Below, piece by piece: positions 1 to 11,533 of a stretch of 64,000 nt of DNA; within the stretch, counting starts at the first letter, position 1, and every line of letters starts with the position of its first letter. A program made the translations under genes and the position numbers. Origin of the DNA: an uncultured Nitrososphaerota archaeon (GTDB lineage: Archaea; Thermoproteota; Nitrososphaeria; Nitrososphaerales; Gagatemarchaeaceae); assembly GCA_963703285.1 (NCBI GenBank), contig OY969807.1, positions 736,001 to 800,000 of the forward strand, written 5' to 3'. Under the pieces are notes generated by a model, which was given only the letters and a program-made list of their open reading frames with translations, did no database searches and was not told the origin of the DNA.

Positions 1-32
1 GAGGACGTCCTGAGAGTCGCTAGCCAAACCGC

Positions 33-980
33 TCATCTCCTCAGCCTCGGGTCGAAGATGTCCCTGATTCCGTCTCCCAGCAGGTTGAAGCCTAGGGAGA
101 TCAGGAGGATTGTTAGACCGGGGAAGATTATCTCCCACGGCCCCGTTTTGAAGTACTGGAAGCCTCGCGAGGCGAGGTTTCCCAGCTCCGGCAGCGTGTC
201 AGAGGGGCTCAACCCGATGAATGTGAGGGCCGAGACGGTGAGGATCACGCTGCCGATGTCGAGCGTGGCCTGGACGAGAAGCGGGTATATCGAGTTCGGA
301 ACTATGTGTCTGAAGAGGATCCTGAACCTCCCCGCGCCCATTGAGCGCAGGCTCTCGACGTAGGGCTTCTCGCGCTCGCTCAGGACCTGCGACCTGAGCA
401 GCCTGACGTACGTCGGCCACCACGTGATGGCCACCGCGACGGTCAGTATCGTGAACGACTTGTGGGCCTCCAGCTGAAAGACGAAGACGAAGACGAAGGC
501 GAGGAGGATACCAGGAACGGCAAGGAAGATGTCGGTGATCCTCAGGATGACCTCGTCGAGGATGCCTCCCGCGTAGGCCGCCGTGGCGCCGAGAACCACC
601 CCGATTGCCAGCGCAGAGAGGACCACCTCGAGGGCTATCTGGACGTCGACGGGGATCGCCAGGATGATCATCTGTAGGAGGTCCCTCCCGAACGCGTCCG
701 TTCCCAGCGGGTGCACCGCGCCGGGACACGTCGAGATGTTGGGGCCCCAGCTGATGATGGGGTTGTTCCAGCAGTTCTTGTTGAGCTCTTCTGCCGCGGA
801 GACGTTCGCGGCCTTGGGGTTGACCAGGACGTGGGAGAACACCGAGATGAGCAGGGTACCCGCCGAGATGACGATTCCGGCGAGGACGAGGGGGTTGCGC
901 CTCATGAGGTGGAGCGCGTGCTTGATGTCGTCCCTCCTGGATGTGCTCTCGGAGACGACGGCGGGGATCGTTTCGGTCAT
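33..980 (-). CDS. Oligopeptide/dipeptide ABC transporter permease (OppC/DppC-like)
   Basis: HPLGTDAFGRD motif, EAA-like loop (YVESLRSMGAG), terminal LGDGIRDIFDPR. Confidence 0.93.
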   Translation of the reverse strand: MTETIPAVVSESTSRRDDIKHALHLMRRNPLVLAGIVISAGTLLISVFSHVLVNPKAANVSAAEELNKNCWNNPIISWGPNISTCPGAVHPLGTDAFGRDLLQMIILAIPVDVQIALEVVLSALAIGVVLGATAAYAGGILDEVILRITDIFLAVPGILLAFVFVFVFQLEAHKSFTILTVAVAITWWPTYVRLLRSQVLSEREKPYVESLRSMGAGRFRILFRHIVPNSIYPLLVQATLDIGSVILTVSALTFIGLSPSDTLPELGNLASRGFQYFKTGPWEIIFPGLTILLISLGFNLLGDGIRDIFDPRLRR

Positions 981-992
981 TCTTCTCTCACC

Positions 993-2114
993 TCAGTACC
1001 TGATCCGCGGGTCCAGCTTCGCATAGATGATGTCCACCGCCAGGTTTGTCACGACGATTATCGCGGCGGTGACGAGGACGTAGAGTTCGATGAAGTTGAC
1101 GTCGTTCACCGTGAACGCGCTGTAAGAAGTGCTTCCGACGCCCGGCAGGTTGAAGACTATCTCGATGACTATGACGCCGCCGAAGAGGAACGCCGTGAGG
1201 AGACCTGCAATCGTGACCGCGGGGAGGAGCGCGTTCCGCAGGGCGTGCCTGTACACGACGACCCTCTCGGACAGGCCCTTGGACCTGGCGAGCAGGATGT
1301 AGTCCTGCTTGAGGACCTCCAGCATGCTCGAGCGGACTATCCTGGTGAGGGCCCCTACTGAGGTCACGGAGAGCGTGACCGCAGGCAGGATGAAGGCCAC
1401 GAACGAATCCCAGCTGTACTTGAAGTTCCCCGTAAGGATACCGTCAAGGATGGGGCTGCCCGTTATCGTGTGTAGAGGCGCTACAACATTGGCGAAGCAG
1501 ATTGCGCAGTCCGTGGCGGGGGTACCGGAAGTCGGCAAGATTCCGAAGGGCCCCAGGCGCAGGTCGAGAGCGAAGAGAATCAGGAGCACCGTCCCGAACC
1601 AAAACTGGGGTATCGAGTATCCTCCGAGCGCGATTATGCGCGAGATGTGGTCGGGCAACTTGTTGTTATGGGTCGCAGACACTATGCCCAGGGGTATCCC
1701 GAGTGCGATGGTGAGGATGGCTCCGAAGATCGCCAGCTGAGCGGTGTAGGGGAACCTTTCTGAGAAGACGCTAAGTGTGGTCTGCGTGCCGGATATGCCC
1801 GGGAGGAGGGTGTAGCCCCAGTTGCCCGTCAGGATGCTGTGCAGCCAAGATGCATACTGCTGCCACACGGGGACGAGGCACACCGGCTGGAGGGACGAGA
1901 ACGCGGTATAAGACGGGCAGGCTTTAGTCGCCACCCCGAGAGCCTGCGCGAGGATGAGCTTCTGAAGCGGCGTCATGCGGGGAGTGATGTACGGTTCCAG
2001 AGCGAGGGTGGGGGGAATGGCCGCCCTCAGCAGGAGGAAAATCATCAGGCTCAGTCCGAAGAGTACGAACACCATGAGGGCGAGCCTCCTTAGGGCGTAC
2101 TCGTAGAGCTTCAA
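993..2114 (-). CDS. Oligopeptide/dipeptide ABC transporter permease (OppB/DppB-like)
   Basis: RSSMLEVLKQDYILLARSKGL, HALRNA, DIIYAKLDPRIRY; TTG start. Confidence 0.93.
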   Translation of the reverse strand: MKLYEYALRRLALMVFVLFGLSLMIFLLLRAAIPPTLALEPYITPRMTPLQKLILAQALGVATKACPSYTAFSSLQPVCLVPVWQQYASWLHSILTGNWGYTLLPGISGTQTTLSVFSERFPYTAQLAIFGAILTIALGIPLGIVSATHNNKLPDHISRIIALGGYSIPQFWFGTVLLILFALDLRLGPFGILPTSGTPATDCAICFANVVAPLHTITGSPILDGILTGNFKYSWDSFVAFILPAVTLSVTSVGALTRIVRSSMLEVLKQDYILLARSKGLSERVVVYRHALRNALLPAVTIAGLLTAFLFGGVIVIEIVFNLPGVGSTSYSAFTVNDVNFIELYVLVTAAIIVVTNLAVDIIYAKLDPRIRY

Positions 2115-2157
2115 CGACGAAGGATGCCTCTATCCCCATTATTTGAGGATGCAGATA

Positions 2158-2175
2158 ACAAAAAAGGGGCGCCCT
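2158..2175 (-). terminator. Putative oligo-T terminator after the solute-binding protein gene
   Basis: GGGCGCCC followed by a T tract just downstream of the stop at 2183 on the minus strand. Confidence 0.4.
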
Positions 2176-2182
2176 CCACTCA

Positions 2183-4358
2183 TCAGTAGAGGGTGGCGAA
2201 GTATTCCGGTCCTACACCGTTGCCCGCAGCACTGCCGAGGTTCGTGTTCCAGGACATACCCAGAACGTTCGACGTCATCGTGACGAAGTTGACCGCGTAG
2301 AAGGTCCAGAGGTACATGACCTCCTTGTTCGAGAGGATGTTCATCTGATTGCTGTCTGCGATGAGGGCCGCTGTGTTCCCTGAGGCGCTTGCCGCAAGGC
2401 TGGCCTTGTAGAGGGCCGTTATCGCTGGGAAGTTCATTCCCATGGCTCCTGGATAGGTCCCTGGATATGCGAGCATGTTGCCGGTGAAGTCAAGAACCCA
2501 CGGGTAGTCGTCGATCCAGCCGAGTGCGTACATGTAGAGGTGAGACGGTATCGAGAACGCCTCTATCAGCATCTGCCCTGTTGGCAGGGGCTGCACGACG
2601 ACCGAGAGACCCATGTTGTAGGTTGTGCTTATGTTGTTGATCGTGGCCGCGAGGTCGTTGAAGATGGCCTCGTCTGGTGTGTCACCAGTTCCGTAGACCA
2701 GGGGTATCGTTTGCGGGGTCGGGCTGCTGCACTGGTTCTTCGAGTTCAGGGTCGTGCACCCGAAGGCGTTGTTGAACAACCCGGCGGGCGCCTTGGTGCC
2801 ATTGGCGAAGTTGAAGGATGTGATCGGGTGCTCCATCGCCTGCAGGAGGAGCTGTGCGGACTGGTCCGGGTTGTAGCTGTAGGCCGGCTTTATGCTCGAG
2901 TTGTAGACTCCCGAGGGTGGAAGTCCCGGTGGGACCACGTTCAGCGCGACCGAACCCAGGTTGTCGTTGTTGGCGATAAGCTCTGCCGTCATGTTGACGG
3001 CGTCGGCAAAGGCCATCCTTATCCTAAGGTCGGCGAACGGCTGGAACGAGTAGTAGCTGCCCGTTACCGGGCTGGAGACGTTGGTGTCGAACGGGTCGAA
3101 GAGGGTCGATAGGAATCCGTAGGGTCCGTAGAGTGAGACTCCGGATATGGTCGAGACCAGCTTTCCTGTGGCCAGCCAGGTGTTCTTTGCGGCGACGTCG
3201 TAGAGGTTGGTTCCTTCTACGTCGATGGCCATCGCCTGGCCGGACTTGGCTGCGTTCTCCAGGTCGATTTCACGGGTTGTCTGGCTTGAGACATACTTGA
3301 AGATGATCGTCTTGATCTGCGGGGCTATCTTCGCGCCTGCTGGGGTAGCGAACTGATAAGGTCCGCCCCAGTAGTTGGGGTTGGCTTGCAGCGTGATGGT
3401 GTTCGTGGAGAGGTCGTTGCTGGTGATCGTGTAGGGCCCAGTTCCTGCCGTCGAGCCCCCTGTTGCTGTGTTCAGGTAGGTGTTTCCGCACCCAGCCGGG
3501 GTCGAGCCGGCGTTGCAGGTTGCTGCAAGGTCGTCAAAGTACTCGATCGACTTCTGGGTGAAGTTGCCGCTGAGGGTTGTATAGGGGAGGGTGTACCCTG
3601 AACCGGATGCGGTCCAGAGCGCCAGGTCCATCTTCATGGTGTAACCTGGAGCTACTGGGTCGACTACCGGGTTCGCGAAGAGGTACGGGAAGGCTACGTT
3701 CGGATTCATGACGTTGACGTTGAAGGTGAGGGTGCCCGTCACCTGGACGAAGTCTGCCGCGAGCCATGCACTCACGTAGGCCTTGTTGTAGGTCTGGGCG
3801 CCGTTGAAGAAGGAGCTGAGGCTCTGGTTGGAGAGCTGCTGGATGAGCCATGCGGACTGGGTCCCGTGCCGCGACCGGCGTGCTGCCGTCGTTTATCAGG
3901 GCCCTGGTCAGGCTGAACCACACCGCGGAGGCGTTGAGCGCCTCGCCGTCGGCGAAGGTTATCCCGCTCCTGAGAGTGAACGTGTACTGCGTGCCCGCCG
4001 TGTTACCGCTGTAGGTCTGCGCGAGCCACGGGATGACGCAGGTCGAGCACGATTCGTTGTACCAGAGGATCGGTTCGTAGACGTTCTGCATGATGTTGTA
4101 GTCGTACGAGAAGTACGACACTGCTGGGTCGAGGTACTCCGGCGTCTCGGCCGCCTCATAGGTCAGGGTCGAGGGCACCGTGGACGAAGAGCTCGAGGAT
4201 GAGGTAGTGGAGGAGGAGGTAGTGGAGGATGAGGAGCTAGTGGTGGTGGTAGTTGTGGTCGTGTAGAAGTATATTCCTGCCGCGACCGCGATGATGAGTA
4301 TGACGATGACTACTGCTGCGAGGGTGGTAGAGATTGCGCTTCTACCGCTTCTTTGCAT
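2183..4358 (-). CDS. Peptide ABC transporter substrate-binding protein (family 5), one frame break near 3870
   Basis: N-terminal TM plus Thr/Ser linker, LDPAVSY, IPWLA, FTLRSGITFADG in ORF 3534-4358; NPNYWG, RIRMAFADAVN, GWIDDYP in ORF 2183-3775; joins as ...HGTQSAWLIQQ after a 1-nt indel. Confidence 0.88.
4185..4262 (-). repeat. Low-complexity Thr/Ser linker coding repeat
   Basis: Imperfect GAGGAGGAGGTAGTG-type iterations encoding TTTTTTTTSSSSSTTSSSTTSSSSSSST. Confidence 0.7.
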
Positions 4359-4382
4359 TTTCGAGGCTGTAGCTGAACGAGA

Positions 4383-4390
4383 TTATTTAA
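4383..4390 (-). promoter_or_regulatory. Archaeal TATA box of the peptide ABC operon
   Basis: TTAAATAA on the minus strand about 25 nt upstream of ATG 4358. Confidence 0.6.
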
Positions 4391-4429
4391 GTGTGATATA
4401 CGGTGAATACAACATACGTCTTGAGTCCG

Positions 4430-6442
4430 TCATCTCACTTCCATACCCTCGTACGCGCGTCTCGCCTCCTCGACGGACGTCTCGTCCTCGAGTGTGGCGA
4501 CGTCGCCCAGAGGCTTGCCTTCGGCCACGGCTCTTAGGAGACGCCTCATTATCTTGCCGCTGCGAGTCTTTGGCAGCTTTGTGACAAAGAAGACCCGCGA
4601 AGGCTCTGCTATGGGGCTGAACCCATCCCGGACCCGGCGTCTCACCTCGCCTCGCAGCTCCTCAGAGGGGGCGAAGCCCTGCTTGAGGACGACGAAGGCT
4701 ATCGGGACCTCCCCCTTGATCTGGTCAGGGATGCCGACGACGGCCGCCTCCGAGGCCGCGTGGTGGGAGACTATCGACGACTCGATCTCGTAGGTCCCCA
4801 GCCTGTGCCCCGCCACCTTGAGGACCTCGTCGGCCCGGCCGGCGACCCAGATGTAGCCGTCCTTGTCCTTGACGGCGTAGTCGCCGCAGAAGAACAGGTT
4901 CCTCCCGGGGAAGCGTTCGTAGTACTGCTTCTCGTACCGCTCTGGGTCTCCGTACATTCCGGAGGGCGGACCTGGCATCCCCGGCCACGGGTTCTTGAGG
5001 ACCAGGAGGCCCTTGGCCCCGGGGAGGACCGCGTCCCCCTTCTCATCGACAACTTCCGCGTCCACCCCGGGGATGGGCAGCCCGTTCGACCCCGCCTTCA
5101 TGGGTATCATGGCGAGGCCGGGCAGTATGCTGATCAGTATCCCCCCTGTCTCCGTCATCCACCAGGTTGAACCAACGGGGCACCGACCACCGCCGACCAC
5201 CTCGAAGAGCCACCTCCAGGCCGACGGGTTAATCGCCTCGCCCACGCTCTGCATTAGGCGGAGGGAGGAGAGGTCGTGCTTCGTGGCGTTCTCGTCCCCG
5301 AACCGCATCTGGGCTCGCGTCGCGGTTGGAGTCGTGTAAAAGATGGATATGCCATAGCGTTCGACTATCGACCACCACCGGTCGGGGCCCGGAGCGTCCA
5401 GCGCGCCCTCGTAGATTACCACCGTCGCCCCCTCGATCAGCGGCCCGAAGGCGACGTAGCTGTGTCCGGTGACCCACCCGATGTCAGCCGGGCACCAATA
5501 GACGTCCTGCTCGCGGATATCGAAGACCCACTTCATCGTAGCGTGCAGCAGGACCGCGTAGCCCCCCGTGTCGTGGATTATCCCCTTGGGCTTGCCCGTC
5601 GTCCCGGAGGTGTAGAGGACGTAGAGGGGGTGCTCGCTCTCCAGGGGTTCGGGCTCGACCGACGCACCGGCCGGCGTCTCCGAGAGCAGGTCCTCCCAGA
5701 GGACGTCGCGACCGGCGCGCATGTTGCAGGGCACGCCGAGCCTCTTCACGACGACCACGTGCTCGATGGAGGGCGACTGCTCGAGTGCGGCGTCGGCAAT
5801 CTCCTTGAGGAGGACTTGCCGGCCCCTCCGGTAGAAACCGTCCGCGGTGATCAGCAGCGCGGCGCCCAGGTCGTTGATCCTCGACGAGAGGGACTCGGCG
5901 CTGAACCCGCTGAAGACCACGGTGAAGGTCAGCCCGAGGCGCGCGGCGGCGAGGAGGGCCGCTATCGCCTCCGGGACGAGGGGCATGTAGATCGCGACCT
6001 TGTCCCCCTTCTTCAGTCCGAACTTCGTACGCAGGGCGAACGCGAGCTTGTTCACCTCCCTCAGGAGCTCCGCGTAGGTAACCTTTCTCACCTCCTTCGG
6101 GGCGCCCCTCTCGTCCGTCGGCTCCCCCTCCCAGATCAGCGCGACCTTGTTTCCTCTCCAGGAACGGACGTGACGGTCGAGGGCCAAGTGCGAGAGGTTG
6201 AGCCTCCCGCCGCTGAACCACTTGTAGACGTGGGGATGCTCGCCCGGGGAGACCACCTCATCCCAGCCCTTGAACCATTCCAGCTGCTTCGCCACCGAGT
6301 CCCAGTTGTCGTAGGCGTGCTCGAGGCTCTTCGTGTGGACCTCCTTGTAAGCCGCCACGCCTGTGCGCGGACCCTCCCACGCGGGCACCTCTATGACCTC
6401 GTCGAGCGGGAGAGATTCACCGAGAATCTCGGGATTACTCAC
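4430..6442 (-). CDS. acs: Acetyl-CoA synthetase (AMP-forming)
   Basis: YTSGTTGKPKG, WCPADIGWVTGHSY, TWWMTETGG, LPKTRSGKIMRRLL. Confidence 0.95.
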   Translation of the reverse strand: MSNPEILGESLPLDEVIEVPAWEGPRTGVAAYKEVHTKSLEHAYDNWDSVAKQLEWFKGWDEVVSPGEHPHVYKWFSGGRLNLSHLALDRHVRSWRGNKVALIWEGEPTDERGAPKEVRKVTYAELLREVNKLAFALRTKFGLKKGDKVAIYMPLVPEAIAALLAAARLGLTFTVVFSGFSAESLSSRINDLGAALLITADGFYRRGRQVLLKEIADAALEQSPSIEHVVVVKRLGVPCNMRAGRDVLWEDLLSETPAGASVEPEPLESEHPLYVLYTSGTTGKPKGIIHDTGGYAVLLHATMKWVFDIREQDVYWCPADIGWVTGHSYVAFGPLIEGATVVIYEGALDAPGPDRWWSIVERYGISIFYTTPTATRAQMRFGDENATKHDLSSLRLMQSVGEAINPSAWRWLFEVVGGGRCPVGSTWWMTETGGILISILPGLAMIPMKAGSNGLPIPGVDAEVVDEKGDAVLPGAKGLLVLKNPWPGMPGPPSGMYGDPERYEKQYYERFPGRNLFFCGDYAVKDKDGYIWVAGRADEVLKVAGHRLGTYEIESSIVSHHAASEAAVVGIPDQIKGEVPIAFVVLKQGFAPSEELRGEVRRRVRDGFSPIAEPSRVFFVTKLPKTRSGKIMRRLLRAVAEGKPLGDVATLEDETSVEEARRAYEGMEVR

Positions 6443-6559
6443 GGGTTCTCTCTCGCACTTGAGTTTCGGAGCATACTTAGCCTTTATCGGTCCTGCCCAG
6501 GTAGTTCGTCGCGAAGCTTAGAATTAAATCGAGGGGCATGGTGGGCGGTCCGACGAAGC

Positions 6560-7330
6560 GTGGACGAACCCGCCCTACAGGCCAAATCGCTCTCGAAGTC
6601 CTTCGGGCAGATTAGGGCCGTAAACAACATCGACTTCTCGATCAGGAAGGGGGAGATACTCGGCCTCCTGGGACCGAACGGGTCGGGCAAGTCCACCACG
6701 ATGAAGATGATCCTTGCCATCCTGAAGCCGGACGGCGGGACCATCACCGTGGAAGGTATCGACGTCGCCCAGGACCCCGTCGGCGTGAAGAGGATCGTCG
6801 GGTACGTCCCCGAGACCCCCCAGATCTACGACTACCTCACGGGTCTCGAGTACCTCGACTTCATCTCCGACATGTACGCCATCCCCACCGGAGAGAGGAA
6901 GGACAGGATAGGCCAGTTCCTCGAAGGGCTGCAGCTGAAGGGTCATGAGAACGAGCTGATCAGCGGCTACTCCCAGGGCATGAAGCAGAAGGTGGCGATA
7001 ATATCGGCCCTCATCCACAGGCCCAAGGTCCTCGTCCTGGACGAGGCTTTGAACGGCCTCGACCCTAGGTCGGCCAAGCTCGTGAAGGACCTGCTGAGGA
7101 GCCTCGCGGGCGAGGGGGTCTCGATCCTCTTCAGCACGCACGTCCTCGAGATAGCCGAGGCGCTCTGCGACGATGTCGCGATAATGTACCAGGGGTCGAT
7201 CGTCGCGAACGGGACGGTCGCAGACCTGAGACAGGAGGCCGGCCTCCCCGGGTCGACGCTGGAGGAGGTCTTCCTGAAGATAACAGGGACGGGCGACCTC
7301 GGCGACGTCGTGAAGGAGCTCACTCGATGA
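6560..7330 (+). CDS. ABC exporter ATP-binding protein
   Basis: GPNGSGKST, YSQGMKQK, LVLDEALNGLD; likely start is GTG 6560, and the upstream part of ORF 5276-7330 is antisense shadow of acs. Confidence 0.92.
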   Translation: MDEPALQAKSLSKSFGQIRAVNNIDFSIRKGEILGLLGPNGSGKSTTMKMILAILKPDGGTITVEGIDVAQDPVGVKRIVGYVPETPQIYDYLTGLEYLDFISDMYAIPTGERKDRIGQFLEGLQLKGHENELISGYSQGMKQKVAIISALIHRPKVLVLDEALNGLDPRSAKLVKDLLRSLAGEGVSILFSTHVLEIAEALCDDVAIMYQGSIVANGTVADLRQEAGLPGSTLEEVFLKITGTGDLGDVVKELTR

Positions 7331-8996
7331 ACGTCCACAAGATATACGCGATAACCCTAGCCCTCACGAAGTCCCAGCTCCGCGCGAGCCGGTCGAGCGG
7401 CGCCACGGCCAGTTTCTTCCGCAGACCTTCGATCCTGCTGATACTCGACGCCGTGGCCTTCGTGATCTGCACCTTTCTGGGTTACGCGGCCCTCATCATC
7501 ATCCAGTCGCTGGACGCACCGGGATCCCCCAGTCCAACGTGCAGCTCTACTCCACCGTCCTGACGGACCTGAAGGAGGTCCTGGTCCTCATCCCCATCTT
7601 CGTCCCAGGGATGGTCCTCATCGCCGGGCTGCTCTTCGAGCTCAACGTCTCCTCCAAGTTCTCGGCCAGCGATACTGTGAACTGGCTCCCCGTAACGCAG
7701 GCGGAGTACGTCATCGCGTCGGCGCTCTCGGTCGCGTACAACTACTCGATCACCCCCGCGATAATTCTCGGGGCCACGATGATCCCGTCGATAGGCCTCG
7801 GACTAGGTTGGATCTGGGCGGGCGTCGCGCTGACGAGCTTGCTGGGGCTCTTCATGGGAGGCACCCTCGTCGAAATCCTCAGGGCTACGATGAACAGGGT
7901 GAGCTCTCTCGTCATGAAGCGAGCGAGGAGGGGCGCCCTCTTCTTCAGGCTCGGCATCATGGCGCTCGTGATACTCGTCTTCGAGACCATCTTCAACCCC
8001 ACGCTGCTCGTCATAGTCGTCAAGGACCTCTCCGGGACGTTCTCTGTATTCGCCTTCATCCCTCTCTTCTGGGGCGCGGTGGCTGTCCAGGCGATCGCCA
8101 CCGACCAGCCGTTCCGTGTGCTACTCTTCTCCGCCGGGACCGTGGGCTTCGCGTCCGCGCTGGTCTGGGCAGCGACCAAGGTGCGCTCGCGGTACTGGTC
8201 GCCGGCGGCTTTCGCGGTCAGCATCACGAGCTCCGAGTACGCGCCGCGCGCCAGCTCCCTCCTCAGGCTGGGCCTGAACAGCGGTGAGTCGGCAATCGTG
8301 AGGAAGGACCTGAAGGGGCTGACGCGCCGGCGGGAGCTCAGCTCGGTCCTGATCATCCCGGTGATCTTCACTGCGATCTTTATCTTCGAGAGCATCGCCA
8401 CACCGCAGAGCGGAATTCAGACCACGGGAAGTTTTGCGCCCCTCCTGGTGGCCTGCATCTTCTCGCTGGTCATCTCATCGACGAGCTTCGGGCAGGAGAG
8501 CAAGTCGGTGATGGTGCTTTACTCGCTCCCGATATCACCGAGCGAGATCCTGAAGGCGAAGGCGATCGTCGCCCTGCTGATCTCGCTTACGGCCACGCTG
8601 GCTATCTTCGCCATCTTCTCGGCGCTGGAGGGTCAGGACCCGCTGGCGCTCGGCGGAGGCCTGCTGATAGCCGTCTCCATCGCGGTCGAGGAGGTCTTCA
8701 TCGGACTCGCCTTCGGGGCCAGGTTCCCAGACTTCCAAGAACGTCCGAGACCCAGGTTCATGGACCCGATATGGCTGCTCGTCATGACAATCGTCGGGTT
8801 CATCGCGGCGGGAGTGACCGCCGTGCCGGTGCTACTGACTGACGTCGCAGGCACGGTCACCGGGTTCTCCGCGCCGGGGTACCTCTATCCCGCGGCTGTG
8901 GTCTTCGCTGCGGTCGTATCGGTGATGTGCTATCGCTGGGCAAGCGGGAGCGTGCGGGACCTCCTTTCGGAGTACAAGAATCTGAGGTCCCACTAA
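7327..8996 (+). CDS. ABC exporter large permease (about 550 aa), frame break near 7530
   Basis: ATGA overlap with the ATPase; multi-TM; IVRKDLKGLTRR and LYSLPISPSEILKAK motifs typical of ABC-2-type permeases; split into ORFs 7327-7563 and 7539-8996. Confidence 0.8.
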
Positions 8997-9028
8997 GGTT
9001 TAATCCGCTTGGAGCCAAGCCACCCCGA

Positions 9029-10486
9029 TTGAAGGAAGAAGCCTACGGCTACGACACCTTCCTCTCGCCCTTCACCTGGAGATACGGGAGCAAGGAGATG
9101 AGGAGCATCTTCTCGGAGAGGACGAGGAGGGCTTCGTGGAGGCGAATATGGCTCGAGCTCGCCAAGGCTCAGGCCGATTTCAGCCTCGTCTCGGCGGCCG
9201 AGGTGAACGAAATCCGCTCGAAATCCGGCGAGGAGAACGTCGACATAGCGGCGGCCCACGAGCTGGAGAGGAAGATCAGGCACGACCTCATGGCGGAGCT
9301 TCGGACCTTCGCGAGCCAGGCAGGGGCCGGCGGCGGAAAGCTGCACCTCGGGGCGACCTCGATGGACGTGGAGGACAACGGGGACGTCATGCTCTTCAGG
9401 AGGGCCCTGGGGGTCGTGCTGAACAGGCTCGTTGCGTGCCTGGAGGCGGCGCGGGCGATCATAGTGGAGCACAGGGCCACCGTGTGCATGGCGTGGACAC
9501 ACCTGCAGCCGGCCGAGCCGACCACCCTGGGGTACCGCTTCGCGAACTACGCCCAAGACCTGCTCATCGACATCGAACTGCTGGAAGACGTCCGGGACGC
9601 GTTCCTCAAGGGCAAGGGCATGAAGGGCGCTGTGGGGACTTCGGCGGCCTTCGAGAAGCTCCTGGGCAGCGGTGCAGACGCGCGGAAGCTCGAGGGGAAG
9701 GTGATGGGGGCGCTCGGGCTGGACTACTTCCCGGTCGCCACGCAGACTTATCCGAGGAAGCTGGACTACATACTGCTCTCCTGCCTCGCATCCATCGCGG
9801 CCTCCTGTCACAAGCTGGGGCTGGACCTGAGGGTCTTACAATCGCCCGCCTTCGGGGAGCTCTCCGAACCGATCGAGGAGTCCCAGGTCGGCTCCAGCGC
9901 CATGCCCTTCAAGAGGAACCCCGTCTCCGCAGAGAGGATGTGCTCGCTGTCCCGGCTCGTCTCGGCCCTGCCGCCGGTTGCCTTCTCCAACGCGGCCAAC
10001 AGCATCTTGGAGCGGACGCTGGACGACTCGGCCAATCGGAGAATCGTCATCCCCGAAGCCTTCCTCGCAATCGACGAGTGCCTCATGCTCTACGAGCGCA
10101 TCCTCCGCGGGCTGAGGGTCTACCCCGCTATGATCGAGAAGAACCTCGAGAAGTTCGGACCCTTCGCAGGGACCGAGGCGTTGTTGATGAAGCTCGTTGA
10201 GAGGGGGGAGGACAGGCAGGAGGCGCACGAGATGATACGCGTGCATTCCTTCAGGGCCTGGGAGGAGGTGATGGAGGGCCGTCGTAACCCACTCGCTAAG
10301 ATGCTCTCGGAGGACAGACGGATCTCTGCCAAGCTGAAGAGGGCGGAGGTACTCGAGCTTCTCGACCCGAAGAGGCACGTCGGCGACGCGACGGAGAGGT
10401 GCGATATGTTCGTCAAGCAGTCCATCGATCCCGCTCTGAGGAAGCACCGCGTCGCGACGAGGCCAGGCGGGAAGGTCGAATACTAG
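9029..10486 (+). CDS. purB: Adenylosuccinate lyase
   Basis: RHDLMA, HLGATS, THLQPAEPTT, GSSAMPFKRNP signature; TTG start about 25 nt after TTTAAT. Confidence 0.93.
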   Translation: MKEEAYGYDTFLSPFTWRYGSKEMRSIFSERTRRASWRRIWLELAKAQADFSLVSAAEVNEIRSKSGEENVDIAAAHELERKIRHDLMAELRTFASQAGAGGGKLHLGATSMDVEDNGDVMLFRRALGVVLNRLVACLEAARAIIVEHRATVCMAWTHLQPAEPTTLGYRFANYAQDLLIDIELLEDVRDAFLKGKGMKGAVGTSAAFEKLLGSGADARKLEGKVMGALGLDYFPVATQTYPRKLDYILLSCLASIAASCHKLGLDLRVLQSPAFGELSEPIEESQVGSSAMPFKRNPVSAERMCSLSRLVSALPPVAFSNAANSILERTLDDSANRRIVIPEAFLAIDECLMLYERILRGLRVYPAMIEKNLEKFGPFAGTEALLMKLVERGEDRQEAHEMIRVHSFRAWEEVMEGRRNPLAKMLSEDRRISAKLKRAEVLELLDPKRHVGDATERCDMFVKQSIDPALRKHRVATRPGGKVEY

Positions 10487-11516
10487 GGCTCTACGCGAAG
10501 ACCGCCGACAACGACCCCCGAACCGCGGCGGACCGTTCCGAGCGGGAAAGCCGGGAAGCCGCGCCTCGCGAAGGTCCGCACTATCGAGTCGACCTCGTCG
10601 CGCGGCGCGCAGACGCAGAGACCGACGCCCATGTTGAAGGTCCGAAGCATATCGAGGTCGGTGAGGCGGCCCTCCCTCTGGATCAGCCCGAAGACGGGCG
10701 GAGTAGGCGGCAGCTCGAGGGCGAACTCGAGCCTTCGCTGGCCAACGAGCCTCTTCAGCTTGGTGAAGGCCCCGCCGGTGATGTGGGCGAGCCCGTGGAT
10801 CTCGCGCCTCTCCAGGACCTCCAGGGCCGGCTTGACGTAGATTCTAGTTGGCGTCAGCAGGGCGTCACCGAGAGACGACCCGAGCTCCTCCATCCTGTCG
10901 CCGAGCGAATGTCTGGCCTGGAGGACGCTCCTTGCCAGGGTGTAGCCGTTCGAGTGCAGCCCCGAGCTCGCCACCCCGACGACGCTGTCGCCTTCGACTA
11001 TGGCGGAGCCGTCAACGACCCTGTCCACGTCGACCACGCCGACCCCCATCGAGACAAGGTCGAACCCCTTGACCATGCTCCCCAGTATCGCGGTCTCTCC
11101 CCCACGATCGCGGCCGCGGCCTCTCGGGCGCCTGCGACTAGCCCCTTCATCAGCTCTGCAACGAGGTCCGCGTCCTCCTTCTCGAGGGCGATGTAGTCGA
11201 GGAGGGCCGCGGGCTCGCTGCCGAGACAAATCAGGTCGTTCACGGTCATGGCCACGCAGTCGATCCCGACAGTGTCGAATCTGTCCATCTGGAGGGCGAG
11301 CTGGAGCTTCGTCCCCACGCCATCGGTGTGCAAGGTCAGCGCCCGTCCGCCCCCGATGTCGATTATGCCTCCATAGTGCCCTATCCCAATCAGGGGCGAG
11401 CCGAACCTTCCCTTTCGCGCGGCGAAGGTCGCGCCGAGTGACTTCGCCAGCGAGCGCTGGATCTCCTTGACACGGGTGACGTCGACCCCGGCCCTTGCGT
11501 AGGCGTCCTTCTTCAT
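10483..11516 (-). CDS. purM: AIR synthetase, frame break in a G homopolymer near 11100
   Basis: YARAGVD, HTDGVGTK, GGETA (restored by one extra G), SSGLHSNGY, HITGG, TFNMGVG. Confidence 0.93.
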
Positions 11517-11533
11517 GTCCAGGCCCCGGAGGC

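Noticed and set aside
5276-6559. Apparent 684-aa ABC ATPase with a long N-terminal extension
   Set aside because: The extension is the antisense shadow of acs; a TATA-like TTAAAT near 6524 and GTG 6560 define a normal-sized ATPase
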